NCBI RefSeq assembly: GCF_963921235.1
Contig: NC_086108.1
Location: forward strand, 64,234,001 to 64,298,000
DNA from: Mobula hypostoma
Taxonomy: Eukaryota
Length of the DNA: 64,000 bases
Direction of reading: 5' to 3'
In this document: in pieces, positions 49,123 to 62,341 of the stretch
Layout: the number at the start of each line of letters is the position of its first letter
Position numbering within the stretch: position 1 is the stretch's first letter
The notes under the pieces: generated by a model
Seen by the model: only the letters and a program-made list of their open reading frames with translations
Told to the model about the DNA's origin: nothing
The model's database searches: none
Translations under genes and position numbers: made by a program

Positions 49123-52100
49123 GTGAGTTGGCAGCAAAAGCTGTTTTTTTTTACTTTCCCTCCCTCTTTGACTGAATGTCCCAGACCTTGCATTCATCAA
49201 ATTAACATTTGATTTTCACACTATTCAGAGCTGTAATCTCACACTTTCAGTTTCTCCTCTATGCTTTTTGAACAATGACCACTGTATAGTAACCTGCCTA
49301 TCCTGGAATCGTGCAAGAAAGTACAAGTGATTGACAGGACAAAGTGTTAATTTTGTGTTTTTTTATACAAAGCATGAAATTAGAGCTGTACTATTTAGAT
49401 GTGTCTGTTGATCATGTAGACTTGCATGCAAGTTGGAGCATGTTTCAGAATGCTAGTGATTAAGTTTTTCAGTGACTTTGAAACTTAAGTTGCATTTATT
49501 GCTTTAAAACAGCTGCAAACAAAACTTAAGTATTTTCTTGCAACATTCAGAGTTAACTTGAGATTTGATCAGCAGTATCATGCTCTAAATGTTTCTATCA
49601 GTTACTACTTCTACATACGACTGATCCATAGTATTCTGTTTGTTTTCATTATATGGGATAATGTGTTCCTGTCAGTTTAAGTCATGTGTTTTGGAGCCTC
49701 TTTATATTATGTAGATTGTTAGCAACTTTACCTGTGGTTTGAGTAGTAGAATGGCTCCGGTGTGTAGCGCGGAGAGGTTAACATAAAATTCACAGTCAGT
49801 CGGGCCACACAACCTTTGACTTGCTGAATCTAAAAGGATACACGGAGTGCAGGAGGATGCACAATAGTCCATTGTAGCACGAGGTACAAATGAGTTCTGT
49901 TGTGTGGGGAGAAGGAGATGTGAAACATAATTGTGTGCTTCAGCCTGTGCATTAGCTTGCGATTCATTAAAAGTGATTATTTATTTTGGTCATTATTATT
50001 CTCGAGGCACACACAACTTCTGCCAATGCGAGGAAGGGAGGGGAGGGGTGTGAGGGAAGAAAGAGAAAAGGAGAAAATAAGTTTGTTGTTGGGACAATGA
50101 ATGCATTATTCTTTCACAACTGGACCGTAAACTTACTTGTTCTGCATCAATATCAGGATGGAGCCTGCAAGTGGATCTGTACAGCAGGTCTTGCTCTCTT
50201 TTCTCTGCTGGGAGGCTGAAATATTGTTGAATTCCTGGACAAGTTTTAGATACACTTTTGGAAATATGTTGTCTCATGGGGGGAATTAATGTGAAGAGTT
50301 TCAAGTCAAGGTATTCATGACCTCTCTCTCAGGGCTGGAGTCATGTCCATTTGTGTTCTTTCAAACCTGTGCTTTAAGATTGCTACTACATCCTTGGTCA
50401 GGAAAATACATGTCTGTACTACCTTCTTGCTATAATCAAGACGAATGGTAATAATACAAGTTCTGTTATGTCACTGCTAGATAAATTACAATGTGATAGC
50501 TATAATTATGGTAGAATTTATTTTCTGTAGGAGGTTTTGCTCCCTCCCCTGACTGCTGCTGTGAAAGGAGAATTTTATTTTTAATGAATCGTAAACATTT
50601 CAAAATAGAAAAGGAGGCGTTCCTTTTATTCCTCTGCATGTGCTTACCATTTCTTATCATTGAATTTCAATGGTGTGTTGTGCAAAAACTTTACAGAGGA
50701 GTGAACCATGTGAAGTTAATGCACAGCTGTTTTAAGGAAGATGTGCATGCAGTATTACTTTCTGGAGCACTTTTAACAACCTGCTTCTCATTTTGCCATT
50801 AAATTCAATGGGGGATAAAACTGATAATTATGTTGATTTCCATTGGATGACTGCACCTTTGGATTGAACGAATATTATGCAGTGCCTATATTTATTACTG
50901 CATGATTAGTGTTTAATGTCCTGCATATGTTAAATGCTGGGAATGAATGCTGTAATGAATTTTGTTCTTTTAAGGACTCAATAAGGTGCGGTATGCAGAC
51001 TATTTTCTCTCTCTTAGAGTTTAAACGACATGGAAAAGAATCTAAACATGCTGTGAAAACAAACCTCTTTGCATGAAAAATTTCTGAATTGATTTTTTTG
51101 TGGTCAACGGCAAAATGAGACTAAATTTAATAAGGCTGCACACTGTTCAAATGACCTGTACTCTCAGCAAGTATCTACACACAGCTGTGTTATTCTTATG
51201 AACTTTTTTTTCATTCTGTGTTTAAAAATGTGTTTTTAGTTTTGTTAGCAATTGGGAAGCAGCAAAGTTTAAGATGCGTCAGTATTTCTTCCTGTGAGAA
51301 AGACTATTGTTTTCAGAACTTTACAGTTTGAATTAAAGTACTGAAAAATTTTCCAAATCATTCTCTGAGTGAGTTATTTGCATTGATGTTACTAGTAGGA
51401 TGGTGTTGACATTTTCCCTCTTTTCATCTGTTCTCTTCCGCTTGATTGATAGATATGTTGTAGAAGTTATAACAACTAATTTTAACCCATTAAAATATCG
51501 GTGATTATTTGTTTCTGAATAGACTTTAAGTTACTGCATTATACTTCTGACATTCTGTTTGCTGATGTTCCGCCTTCCAAATAATTTCCCATGAATAGAG
51601 ATTATTAGTTATTTGGTTCTAAATGTATTAAATTGACCTGTGATTTATACACAAATTCAAACAGGAAAAGGGAGCAACTGCAGATTCAGATGAATAAAGA
51701 CTTGAAGAATATTTGACTCACTTGCAAGAATGTAAAATGTATTGATTTTCTCAGATATGACACATGTAGATAGGATTAGATGATTACATGCATTACATAT
51801 TATGATCAATTTGAATGTTCATTATGCCTGTAAAACAGGAACAGAGTTTAATATTCATAACATAGATAATAACAAATTTCTTTCTACACATGGAATTAAT
51901 AGCACGGAGAAGAATGGGCATTCTTGACCATTAAGTAAAATTATTTCTTCTAACATAGGGAACGGTTGTAAGGAAAGCACTCATCTAACACTGGGTAGCT
52001 AAATATTTACAGAATTATTATTGCTAATAATTCCAACGTGTGCATTTGTTACAAAATTGTCTAGGTAAGTGTGACTCATATAATCTGATGTTATCCATTT

Positions 52101-53239
52101 ATGATATTACGCACAAATGTAGCACATTCTCGTGCACAAAGGTATACTAGTGTGAGATAAAAATAATATTTAATTGTTACCAATACCTTACAAATTAAAA
52201 TTCAGCTGCAAACATTTGGACTCATTCATATGCTACTTCTGTATATAAAAAACAATATTTCTAGCATGATGTTGAGGCAGATCAGGTAATGTATTTGCTC
52301 TTGAGAGCATTCACTAATCTTATTGTTCACAACATTGTGTTTTGTTTTCTTTCAGCATAAGATATGACTTGCTTAAATAGTTTCTGTTTTCGTTAGGAGA
52401 GCTACTTCTCTTCGCCAGATTACCTTGCTAGGTGATTCACTATGATAAATATGATTTATTTAGATTTCCTCTGTGATACCGGACGGAACTCAGGCAGATG
52501 TGCATTGCTTTGCCAAAAACGTTTCGATTATAAACGATTGTCAGTTCATTCAATGCAGAAACAAAACAAATTTAAAAATAATTCCCGCTGAGGAAAAAAA
52601 AGAAGCAGCGGAACAAAATATTTTCTGCTGTTGTGTTTGTTGTGGGAGCACAATAAAAATGGGGTGAAGGTTAAAACTTAAACGTGGCGCTGACATTTGA
52701 TCGACGGTAGTAGATTGTCGGACACCACTCTTTATCTGATCTATTGCAATCATTTTTGCGAGTTCCCCTCCCTCATTTTGTTTTGCGTTGGGCATATTCA
52801 ATATGATTACCGTCCTCCCAGTACGCTTTCTTTTGTATGTAAACAAACCATTCCGTGTATTGGAACATTCTCAATCATTTCTGAGCAAGCTTCATTCATT
52901 TTATTACCTGTGATGTGTGTCCCAATAGATAGTGCTAAGCACTGACCCAAAGGTCCAACTGTATACGTGATGAAGCTAGGGATTTCTGCAAATGTTATTT
53001 GAATGCGGGAAACTTTGATCTCCGTAATTCAAGATTTGTGTAGTTTTTCCTTTGAATCTTCCCGGCAACAATCAGGTATCAGAATTACAGTTTTTTTTTC
53101 CCTTTCCATTCTGCTTGGGAATTATTCCATTTCCTTTATTTAAACAATTGTACAATGAGTGGAGGTCGTATCCCTGTATAGAGAAATAATTATTTTTCTA
53201 GCAATTTTTTTTACAAGTTTTAACCTCGCTGGTCCTTCT

Positions 53240-54059
53240 CCCAATTAAAGTTTCGAGTCTCCGTGTTATCATTGAAGGCGCGGTGTTGAACTCTGCAATT
53301 TACACGAATTTCGAGCAAAACGTCACGAGCAGAGAGGAGTCTTTGTCTGATACTGAGGTCGCTACACTCCGGGCTTTTCAGATCGAAAGCGCAGACTTAA
53401 ATTAGAGCGCATTCCGACGACCAGTTTCTGAACAAAATACGAGGTCTTTTACCAATAAATTAGGTACAATTAGTTTATTCATCCTTTGGCTCAAAGATGT
53501 GTAGGAAATACTTATTAGTTGCCTGAGTTTGTATGTAAATATTTGGCGGCACGCAGTGCCCTAATATCAATTTGATAACCGTACATGACAGCAGCATGCA
53601 AGGAGTTGCTCTGATGCATTGAGCACGATGTTCCAGTTATAAGGTTAATAACTACACCGACACTAAGAGATCCACGGGCACAGAAGGCAGTTTCCCCAAG
53701 TCTGAAAAAAAAACACGATTCTAATTCCGCCCTCCCCCACCTGCTCCAAACTTTTCTTACTTTGCGGGTAACCAAGAGAGAGAGAGAAAAAAAAGTTGTC
53801 TATCCAAGCTGTTAGCACGGCATCGCTTCTGCTGTGGTAGGCAATCTCAAGCAGCCATGGGCGCAGAGATAGAGTCTCATGCGCTTTGAAACGCTGCAGG
53901 AAACTAGAATAAAGGGAAAGAAAATTACCTCTCTCTGATCACCATTGTCACTCCACGTAAAACAAGTTAAACAGTGGCTCTATCTTAAATCTGTAGATTG
54001 TTATTATTTCCACGCCATCCTACTTTGAAGGGAACTCATACACCATCATGCAGGTAAAT
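53240..54059 (+). promoter_or_regulatory. CpG-enriched candidate promoter and first exon
   Basis: CpG visibly retained relative to flanks; CCAAT at 53452, GC-box CCGCCC at 53727, GA tract near 53775; donor ATGCAG then GTAAAT at 54054. Confidence 0.5.
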
Positions 54060-55959
54060 TACTTTAAAGTATAAAAACAGTAATTAAATCCGAATACAGT
54101 ATAGAGAATTGTGAAGGAGGCTGACATCCTAGCAGTTATTTCTTCTGAAGAAAATTTCTGCATCTAATTGTTGAGTTTAGTATTGCTATAACCCCTAGTG
54201 TTGCCTAACTATCTAACTGAGAAGAAACGCATTTCTTTTCAGTTTAATCTATTAGCGAGTTCTGTTTTAAATTCCTATGTTTCTGGCAGGACTGTGGAGC
54301 AGCTGTACTTTGTAGCTGGATCTCTCTCTACCAGTCGTCACAATTTCCTTAAATGCAATTCGGTCCTCGTCTTTCTTTTCCTGCCTGCCTTTACACTTTT
54401 TTTCCTGATTATTTTTAACGTGGATTTGTTATTCCAGTTTGCTTTTGTGCCTCAGTACCCGCTTTCCCTGTCTCCCTTTCTGTCGGCTTTTGGCTGTGTT
54501 TACCTTCGGCCTGAAGCGAAGGTTTTTGCATACATAAAGAGCTTGAGTCCAGCTTGGTCGGAGGAAATCTTCCTCCTGCGCCAGATAAGCTCTGAATCTA
54601 ATTTTACATTGTTACTGGGAATTTCCTCAGGGATTCTCCTGATCGAGTACCGTAACTTCAGCGAAACATCGGCGGAAGCTCCTTTTAAACTGGCTTTTCC
54701 ACCAATCTTCTGCTGCTTACGGTGAGTGATGAGGACATCGTCTTCCCCACCATTCACCTGCATAAGTATAACTTTGGAATGAAATCAACGCATCGCTTAA
54801 TTGCTTTCCACTCATTTAACTGCCTTCTTCGCCCTCTGTTTCAGCGCCTTATTTTTCACTTCTGTCTTTAAAATGGTGTTAACACTCTTCTCCCTTTTGT
54901 TCCTCTAGCTCTCAAACTTCAGATTTTAAGCAGCCCTCCTCCATATCTGTGCACAGTGCCACAACAATGCTTGTGGCTGTCTTATTCACTTAAGAAATAC
55001 AAGTTGTCATGACATCGCCAGCTGCTTTGCCAGGCAAGAGTTTACTCCAGATTTGAGGTTAATCAACTGCAAATTCCATTAGCTTCATACAGAGCAAAAA
55101 CTACCAGGCAGATGGATCCATATGTGAGCCAGCAGTCAGGTGCAAGTGAGCAGAGCTGTCCATCAGGTGTGCTCTGCACTCATTGGAACATACACTAACC
55201 AGCATGACTAGGAGGATGAGCAGGACTCCATTGAGTCTAGGTATGACAAGTACACCCACACACGGACTTTCATATGTCTGCATTCACACTGATTTCTTTG
55301 CCTCCTTTGATACCTCTGAGTTTTATTATCGTAATTCTATTCAGTTAAATATCACGAAAAGATTCCAATGTTCCATATAAATTCGGCTTTGTCTTATTGC
55401 TAGAAATGTTTCCTGATAGATAGACAGATAGATAAAGAGAGTGGGTAAGAGATTCTATTTGTTGTTAATACCATTGGGATGATTATTGTCCTCCAATATG
55501 GATCATATTATTTTGCACCACTAATTGAGTGTAAATACTGAGCTTAAATTCTGTGTCTTTTCAAGAGTGGCATGGGAGCTATCATAATATTTGCCTGAAA
55601 GAAGCAGCAAGAACTCAGGTTTAATGTACACATCACACAGGTGTAGTTTGGAGCTATGCAGCAAGATTTCCCTTGAAACTTAATACCTTTGTAGTCTAAC
55701 CCGATAAATGCTTTTCATTGCAAGTCACATAAATGAAAGGTTATTAAGAGAATAGGAAGAAACAGAAGATGATATCAGAATCTAAATTAATTGTAACATG
55801 TTAAATAAAATCTCACTTAGAAAATAAAATGATGCCAACATAGCATGCCCACAAGACAAGCTGCCTTGAAAGGAGTTTTTAATTTTCACAGCAGTACTGT
55901 TTTTACTGCTCCATTGGCACAGGGGAAAAAAAAATCTCATTGGAGTGTAATCAAATAAG

Positions 55960-56660
55960 AAATGGCCTCTGAAAAGGCGATATTGAGGCCGATGCCTAAA
56001 ACGTTGGTTTAAGAGCTAAGCTTCGAGCAGCGTGTTAAAAGGGGCATGGGGGGCATAGAAGCAGTAACATTCTGAGGGGGAATTCCAGGCCTTGCCAGTT
56101 TAAGGCACAGCAATCCTGTGATACAGCAATTAAATTTGGGTTAATACAGAGCCAAAGTTGGAGGAGAACCGATATCCCGGAGAGTGCTATAGAGGTGAGA
56201 AGAGGCAAGGTGATAAGAGGGATTTGAAAGCAAAGTTTAAAATTAAGTCTTTGATAACCAGATGTTAGTGTTAGTTGGCATCTTAGGGTGACTTCAAGAT
56301 ATGGAATATGGAATACCAGGGTTCAGTCAGGATTGCATTCGAATTGAAGTTAGATCCATTGGAATTAGGGATATAGGCCTAATGTGGTCAAATGTGATTA
56401 GCACAGATAGGCATTATGGCTGGTGTGGGTGTGGTGTGTGGAAAGGGCCCAATATTGATGAATTCAAGGCATAACAGAATGATGTTTTCAGCAGCAAACG
56501 AGATGAAACAAGGACATAGTCGGGCAGTTAAAGAGATAGAAAATAGTGACGGGGCTAATATAATATTTAAAGTTCTACCTTAGGACAATTATTAAGCCAC
56601 ATTTGCAAGTGATCTGATTAACTTCAGGTTGTTGCCAGGGATAGGAAATAAGTTGGGGCT
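55960..56660 (-). mobile_element. Ancient L2-like LINE remnant
   Basis: Purine-rich degenerate text (GGGGGAATTCCAGGCC...TTAAGGCAC...GATTTGAAAGCAA) resembling antisense L2 3' regions; no ORF. Confidence 0.45.
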
Positions 56661-57429
56661 CAAGAGTTGAATTTGTCGTGGGAAATTCAGCTCTGTTATT
56701 GCTGTCCCTGCCACCATAGCATAAGTTTCCACAGGCCTCCCATGGGCCAGCCAAGTGGCCTGAGTCAGGTGGTCAGTCCAGTTGAAATACAGAGGATACC
56801 TGCTTATCTTTTTTTGAAAAGTACGAATATGGGTGCCTTGGGCTCACTCTGACTGGAGTGCCTACAACTAAAAAATTTTTTAAAATCTTGAATTTTTCTG
56901 GGATCGATGAGCTGGGATTGTGGTGTATCAATTCACCTTGGAAAATCCTTTTACCTGTGCTTTGTTATTGTGTCAACTCAGAAAAATTACTGGGTGCAAA
57001 AGCATTGAATTAATCTTTAGGATCAAGGATAACTAATTTTGAATTTTATGAGGTACCAAGAAGGTGAATGTAGGAACCACTGACAGTGCATGAGGTGCCT
57101 GGAGGGAGGGTGAATAGTTCCTAAGGTGATGCATTCCTTCCAATACCTACACAGGAACAGGAATTCTCTGTTCTCTGGATGCCTGGCCACTATACCATCC
57201 TTAGTTTGCCCCCTAAACTTAAAGAGGTTATGGATCAGAGATTCAAAAGATACCACATTTTTTCAAGGAGACTTTGAGCTCATTCTTGAATATTTTCCCC
57301 TATCCACCTTGTAATCTTTGATTCTTTTGATTAGCAATTGAATGATCGGCATTGTAGCAGGGCAGGAGTCATTTGAAAAGAATAAGTTTCATTGGGAGTG
57401 AGCTTTATTTTAGTCAATAAAAAGAAAGG

Positions 57430-60060
57430 AGGTGTAAGCACGGCGGCCACTGTTGGAGTCAGAGTTAGAATGGTCAGGCTTTGGCTCAATGGGCTTCAGT
57501 GAGAAAGGCAAGGTCTGTGTGTGACTCAAAGATTTCAGAGGAAAGGCACAGGTAAGAACAGGTGAGTTTTTTTATCGTCTGTAAATCATTAGTCCTTAGT
57601 TCAATGTAGGTAAGATAGTTAAGGTGGTGGAATGCTCCTCCTCTGAGATGTGGGATTTCAGAGTACCTGGCAGTCTCCTTGATGCCAAAGGCTGTGATGC
57701 ACATTGGCACTAATGACATAAGGGGAAGACGACCCACACATAGCATATAGGGAATTAGGAAAGAGGATGAAGAGCAGGACCTCCACGGTGGCAATCTCTT
57801 GGTGCCAGATGCTAGTCAGGGTAGGAATAGGATAATAGTACAGATGAATGAGTGGCTGAGGAACTGATGCAGGGGACAGGTACAAGATTGCACATGCACC
57901 AGAAAATCTGCAGATGCAGGAAGTCCAAAGCAACACACACAAAATGCTGGAGCAACTCAGCAAGTCAGGAAGCATCTATGGAAAATACTAAACAGTTGAA
58001 GTTTTGGGCCAAGATCCTTCTTCAGTACTGAAAGGGAAGGGGGAAAGTGCATGAATTAAAAGATGGTAAGTGAAACCAGATGGTGGGAAAGGTAAAGGGG
58101 GAGGGGCAGTTGCACTACTAATGAGAGACAATATCAGGACTGCACTCAGAGGGGACATAGGGTAGAACTCAAAAACAGGAATGGTGCAATCACTCTAATG
58201 GGATTGTACTACGGACACCCCAATATCCACAAGGACACCGAGGAACAAATATGTAGGCACATTATGATTTAAAAGCAATTTCCCTGATATAAACTGGGAC
58301 CTTCTTAGTGCAAATGGTTTTGCTGGGGAAGAACTTGTTCGGCACATCCAGGAAGGATTCTTAAATCAATATATAGATAGTCCAACAAGAGGCGGACTGT
58401 ACTAGAGCTAGTGTTGGTTTATGAGCTGTTTGTTTGAGCTGTTAGGGAACAGTAACCAGAACTCCTTAATCTTTTAAGATAGCTACAGATAAGCTAAACA
58501 CAGAGCTTATGAGAGAGTATTAAATTGGAGCAGGGCAAATTACAAAAACGTTAGGCAGGAACTAGGGAACGTTCATTGGGAACAGCTGTTTTTGGGCAAG
58601 AGCGCGTCCGACATGTGGAGAGTGTTTAAAGACCAACTGCACAGAGTATAGGACAGTTATGTTCCAGTCAGAAGGAAGGACAAGGATGGCAAGGTAAAAG
58701 AAACTTGGATGTTGAGGGAGGTATTGTAATGCTAGGAGTATTATGAACAAAGGTGATGAACTTAGAGCATGGATCAGTATATATCAGGATGTTTTAGCCT
58801 TTACGGGCATTTGGTTGAGAGAGAGGCAGGAATGGGTGTTATAGGGATAGGAATGGTCAAGAAGGAAAAGAAGTACGTAAACTTTTGGGGGCTCCAATCA
58901 AACAGAGTCCTGGAAGATTATACAGAAACCAGAAATGAACTCAAGAAATTAATTAGGGAAGTCAGGAGGGGCCATGAAAAGTCTTGGCAGGCAGGAATAA
59001 TGAGAATCCAAAGGCATTCGATACATAAAAGAGCAAGTGGATAACTAGGGAGAGGGTGAGACCACTGAAGTATAAAGGGTGGAATATTTGCCTGGGTGCA
59101 AAAGACATGGGTAAGGTCCTTAATGAGTACTTTACATCAGAATTTACCAAGGAGAAGGACGTGGAGGATAAGGAGATATGGTGCTGACAGTATTAGGGCT
59201 GGGGCATTTCAAAGTAAAGTTGGAGAAGAAGTTGAAACTCTTAAAGAGCTTTAAGGTGGATAAATCCCCAGGGCCTGATGGGATATATCCCAGCTTATTG
59301 AGTGAGGCGAGCGAAGAAATTGCTGGAGCCATGACCAATATCTTTGTGTCCTCTCGAGCCACTGGCAAGGTCCCAGAGGACTGGAAATTATCTACTGTTG
59401 TTCCATTGTTCAAGCAGGGGAAAGGGGATAATCGTAGAACCTGTAGACTGGTGAGTCTCATTTCAATAGTAGGGTTGCTGAGAGAATTCTTAGGAATTTA
59501 GCATTTAGAAAATAATGGCCTAATTAGGGAGAGTCAGCATGGCATTGTGCAGGCAAATCATGTCTTACTAAATAGATGAATTTTTTGACGATTTGACACA
59601 GGTGATTGATGAAAGTAGAGCTGTGGAAGTTATCTACATAGATTTTAGTAAGGCATTTGACAACGTCTCTTATCGGAGGCTCATCCAGAAGATTAAGATG
59701 AATGGGGTTCGTGGTAAATTGGCTGTTTGGATTAGAACTAGCTTGTCCATAGAAGACAAGGGACACTGGTTGAAGGAACGTCTGTGATTAGTGATGTTCC
59801 ACAAGCATCTGGACTGGGACCTCTGGTGTTTGTAATGTATATATATGACCTGGATGAAAATGTATATAGGTGGGTTATTAAGTTTGCAGATGAGCTAAAG
59901 ATTGGTGATGTTGTAGATAGCACAGATGACTGGCAAAGAATAGAGTAGGATATAGATCAGTTGTAGATATGGGCATAGAAATAGCTTAAGCTGGCCAACT
60001 GTGAAGTGTTGCACCTTGATAGAAATATTACACTGTTAAGGGTAAGATCCTTAATGGAAA
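57430..60060 (+). mobile_element. Decayed CR1 with 5' UTR and ORF1 remnant plus ORF2
   Basis: HIGTNDIG esterase-like motif near 57700; VDKSPGPDGIYPSLL, AVEVIYIDFSKAFDNV, KFADELKIG. Confidence 0.85.
57893..58110 (-). mobile_element. Degenerate Penelope-like terminus inserted in CR1
   Basis: GAAAATCTGCAGATGCAGGAAGTCCAAAGCAACACACACAAAATGCTGG...TTTTGGGCCAAGATCCTTCTTCAGTACT (decayed hammerhead). Confidence 0.7.
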
Positions 60061-60077
60061 CACGCAGGAAACACACA

Positions 60078-60160
60078 CGGAAAGAGAAGTCAATATTTAT
60101 GCCATCAGGCTGGAGGCTCCCCAGATGGATTATAAGGCTTTGCTTCTCCACCCAAGGGTG
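60078..60160 (-). mobile_element. Penelope-like endonuclease C-terminal fragment
   Basis: VEKQSLIIHLGSLQPDGINIDFS, homologous to 25385-25470. Confidence 0.65.
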
Positions 60161-60164
60161 CATC

Positions 60165-61720
60165 TATCCAAGTAGGGCCCCCTGTATACTGACTCAGGAA
60201 ACGTTCCTGAACACATTTCACAAATTCTGCCCTTAACACTCTGGGGTCCAGTCACTGGGGAAAATCAAACCCACTAATTACAACCCTATTATTCTTACAA
60301 CTGTGAGCAATTTCTCTCTACACCTGCTCCTCAAGACCTGCTGACTATATTACAGCCCTATTACAGCCCCACTAGAGTGACCTTCCCCTTCTTGCTTCTA
60401 AGCTCCACCCAATTGACCTCACTGGATGTTCCAAGTAATTTCATCTTTAAGTACTGCCATTACTTCCTCCCTGCTCCAGTAGACTACACTCCTCCTTGCT
60501 TACCTGTACCTCTGTCATGTGTGTAGCATCTGTATCCTGGAATATTGAGCTGCTGGTCCTACCTTTCTCTTAACCATGTTTCTGTCACGGTGAGAATATT
60601 CTAGTCCTCAGAGACAATCCAAGCTCTGAGACTGCCTATTTAACCAATTAACCTCATCCACTGAAATAAATGCAGGTTAACTGAGTATTCCCTTCTCTTC
60701 TTTCACTGTGCCCTTGGCCATCCTTATCACCAAACTTGCTGCTGCCATGTCCCATGACGTGCTCCTGTTCAGAGTTCTGCACTGCTACCAATTTAGTTAG
60801 TCCGCCTCATGTAGCACAAGTAAATTTCCCTTCCAGGACACAAGTTCATCTCTGGATCAGGTGAAAATCATCCCTCTTGTACTGATTGCCTGTCTCCCTG
60901 AAGAGATCCCAAAGGTTCCGAATCCTTAGTCTCTGCCCCCTCCATCAATTGCTCAGCCACAAGTTCATCTGGCCTATTCTATTTCTGTGCTTGCTTGCAC
61001 TTGGCACTGGGAATAGTCTAGAGGTGCTATATCAAGTTCCTGCTTCTTAACTTACTACCTAACTCCCTATGTTTTTTCTGTAGGACCTCATCCCTGATTC
61101 TACCTATGTTGTTTGTACAAACATGTACAGAAACCCCTGGCTGATCACCCTCTCCCCTAGAGAATTTTCTGCAGCTGCTCAGAGACTTCCTTGATCACAG
61201 CACCTGGGAAGCACACACCATCTTGGCATGTCTTCTACAGCCACGGAATCTTGTGGCTGTCTCCCTTTCTGTCAAGCTTCCTATCACTATCACCCTGTCT
61301 GACTGCACTCTTTCCCTCTCAGAGCCAATCTCAGTGCCAGAGACCTGATTACTGTTGCTAGACTCTGAAAGAACATCTTCTTAAAGGATATCCAAACCAT
61401 ACTAAATCGTTAACATATATGACAAACTACAGGAGTCCCATCACTGAACCTTGCAGCATACCACTATTCATACAACTCCAAGCTGAAGAACAACCCTCCA
61501 TACTACATTTGGATTCCTTGCATCAAGTCAATTTTGTGTCCATTGGCTTGCTCACCTTGGATACCATGTGATCTAACCTTCCAGATCCACCTATCATGAG
61601 AGACTTTGTTAAAAGCTTTGCTATGTAGTCTATTGCTTTGCTATTGTCAATCCCCTAGGTCCTTCAAAAAATTCAATCAAGTTTGTGAGACTGTCTCCCA
61701 TACACATAGCCACACTGACA
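60165..61720 (-). mobile_element. Heavily decayed CR1 fragments
   Basis: Antisense CR1-like text (ORF1 and endonuclease-like at 60165-61400; RT-like at 61400-61720). Confidence 0.5.
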
Positions 61721-62108
61721 AGGATGGATAGATGCAATTTCAGCCCCACTTTGTAGTCAACTACTCTACCCTTGTTTTCAAAAAGATTTATATTATTTAT
61801 AGACAGCTAGAAAGGAAGGCAACTGCAATATTAGCAGTTATTTTGAGAGGATATAAATGCAAGGATGTAATGCTGAAACTTTATAAGGTATTGGTCAGAT
61901 CACACTTGAAGTATTGTGGCAGTTTTGGGCTCCTTATCGAAGAGAGGGTGAGCTGGCATTGAAGAGGGTTCAGAGGAGTTCCAGGAGAATGATCTCAGGA
62001 ATGAAAGAGTTTACTTATGAGGAGCATTTGGTGGCTCTGGGCCTATATTCACTTGAGATTAGAAGAATTTGGGGAGATCTCATTGAAACCTATCGAATAT
62101 TGAAAGAT

Positions 62109-62341
62109 GCAAACACGAGGAAATCTGCAGGTGCTGGAATTTCAAGCAACACACATAAAAGTTGCTGGTGGATGCAGCAGGCCAGGCAGCGTCTCTAGGA
62201 AGAGGTACAGTCAACATTTCGGGCCGAGACCCTTTGTCAGGACTAACTGAAAGAAGAACTAGTAAATCTCTTACTAGTTCTTCTTTCAGTTAGTCCTGAC
62301 AAAGGGTCTCGGCCCGAAACGTCGATTGTACCTCTTCCTAG
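62109..62341 (-). mobile_element. Second short Penelope-derived fold-back element with hammerhead motifs on both strands
   Basis: 14-bp target duplication GAATATTGAAAGAT (62095-62108, 62342-62355); 71-bp inverted repeat 62195-62265 and 62271-62341 with 3 mismatches. Confidence 0.92.
62292..62327 (+). ncRNA. Hammerhead motif with a core substitution (mirror copy on minus at ~62209-62244)
   Basis: AGTC-CTGACAA-AGGGTCTCGGCCC-GAAAC-GTC-GATT; CUGACAA instead of CUGANGA in both arms. Confidence 0.72.

Noticed and set aside
48895..49212. 105-aa ORF as a standalone gene
   Set aside because: Only 49027-49122 matches NFI; the rest is UTR and read-through past the donor
54198..54725. 175-aa hydrophobic ORF
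   Set aside because: Non-ATG start; F/L richness follows the T-rich sequence; no recognisable domain
55101..55283. Minus-strand 60-aa ORF with a signal-peptide-like hydrophobic run
   Set aside because: Short, no recognisable family, and nearby splice signals favour the plus strand
45700..55950. NFI autoregulatory sites TTGGC-N5-GCCAA
   Set aside because: No full palindromic site found by eye; half-sites are too common to report
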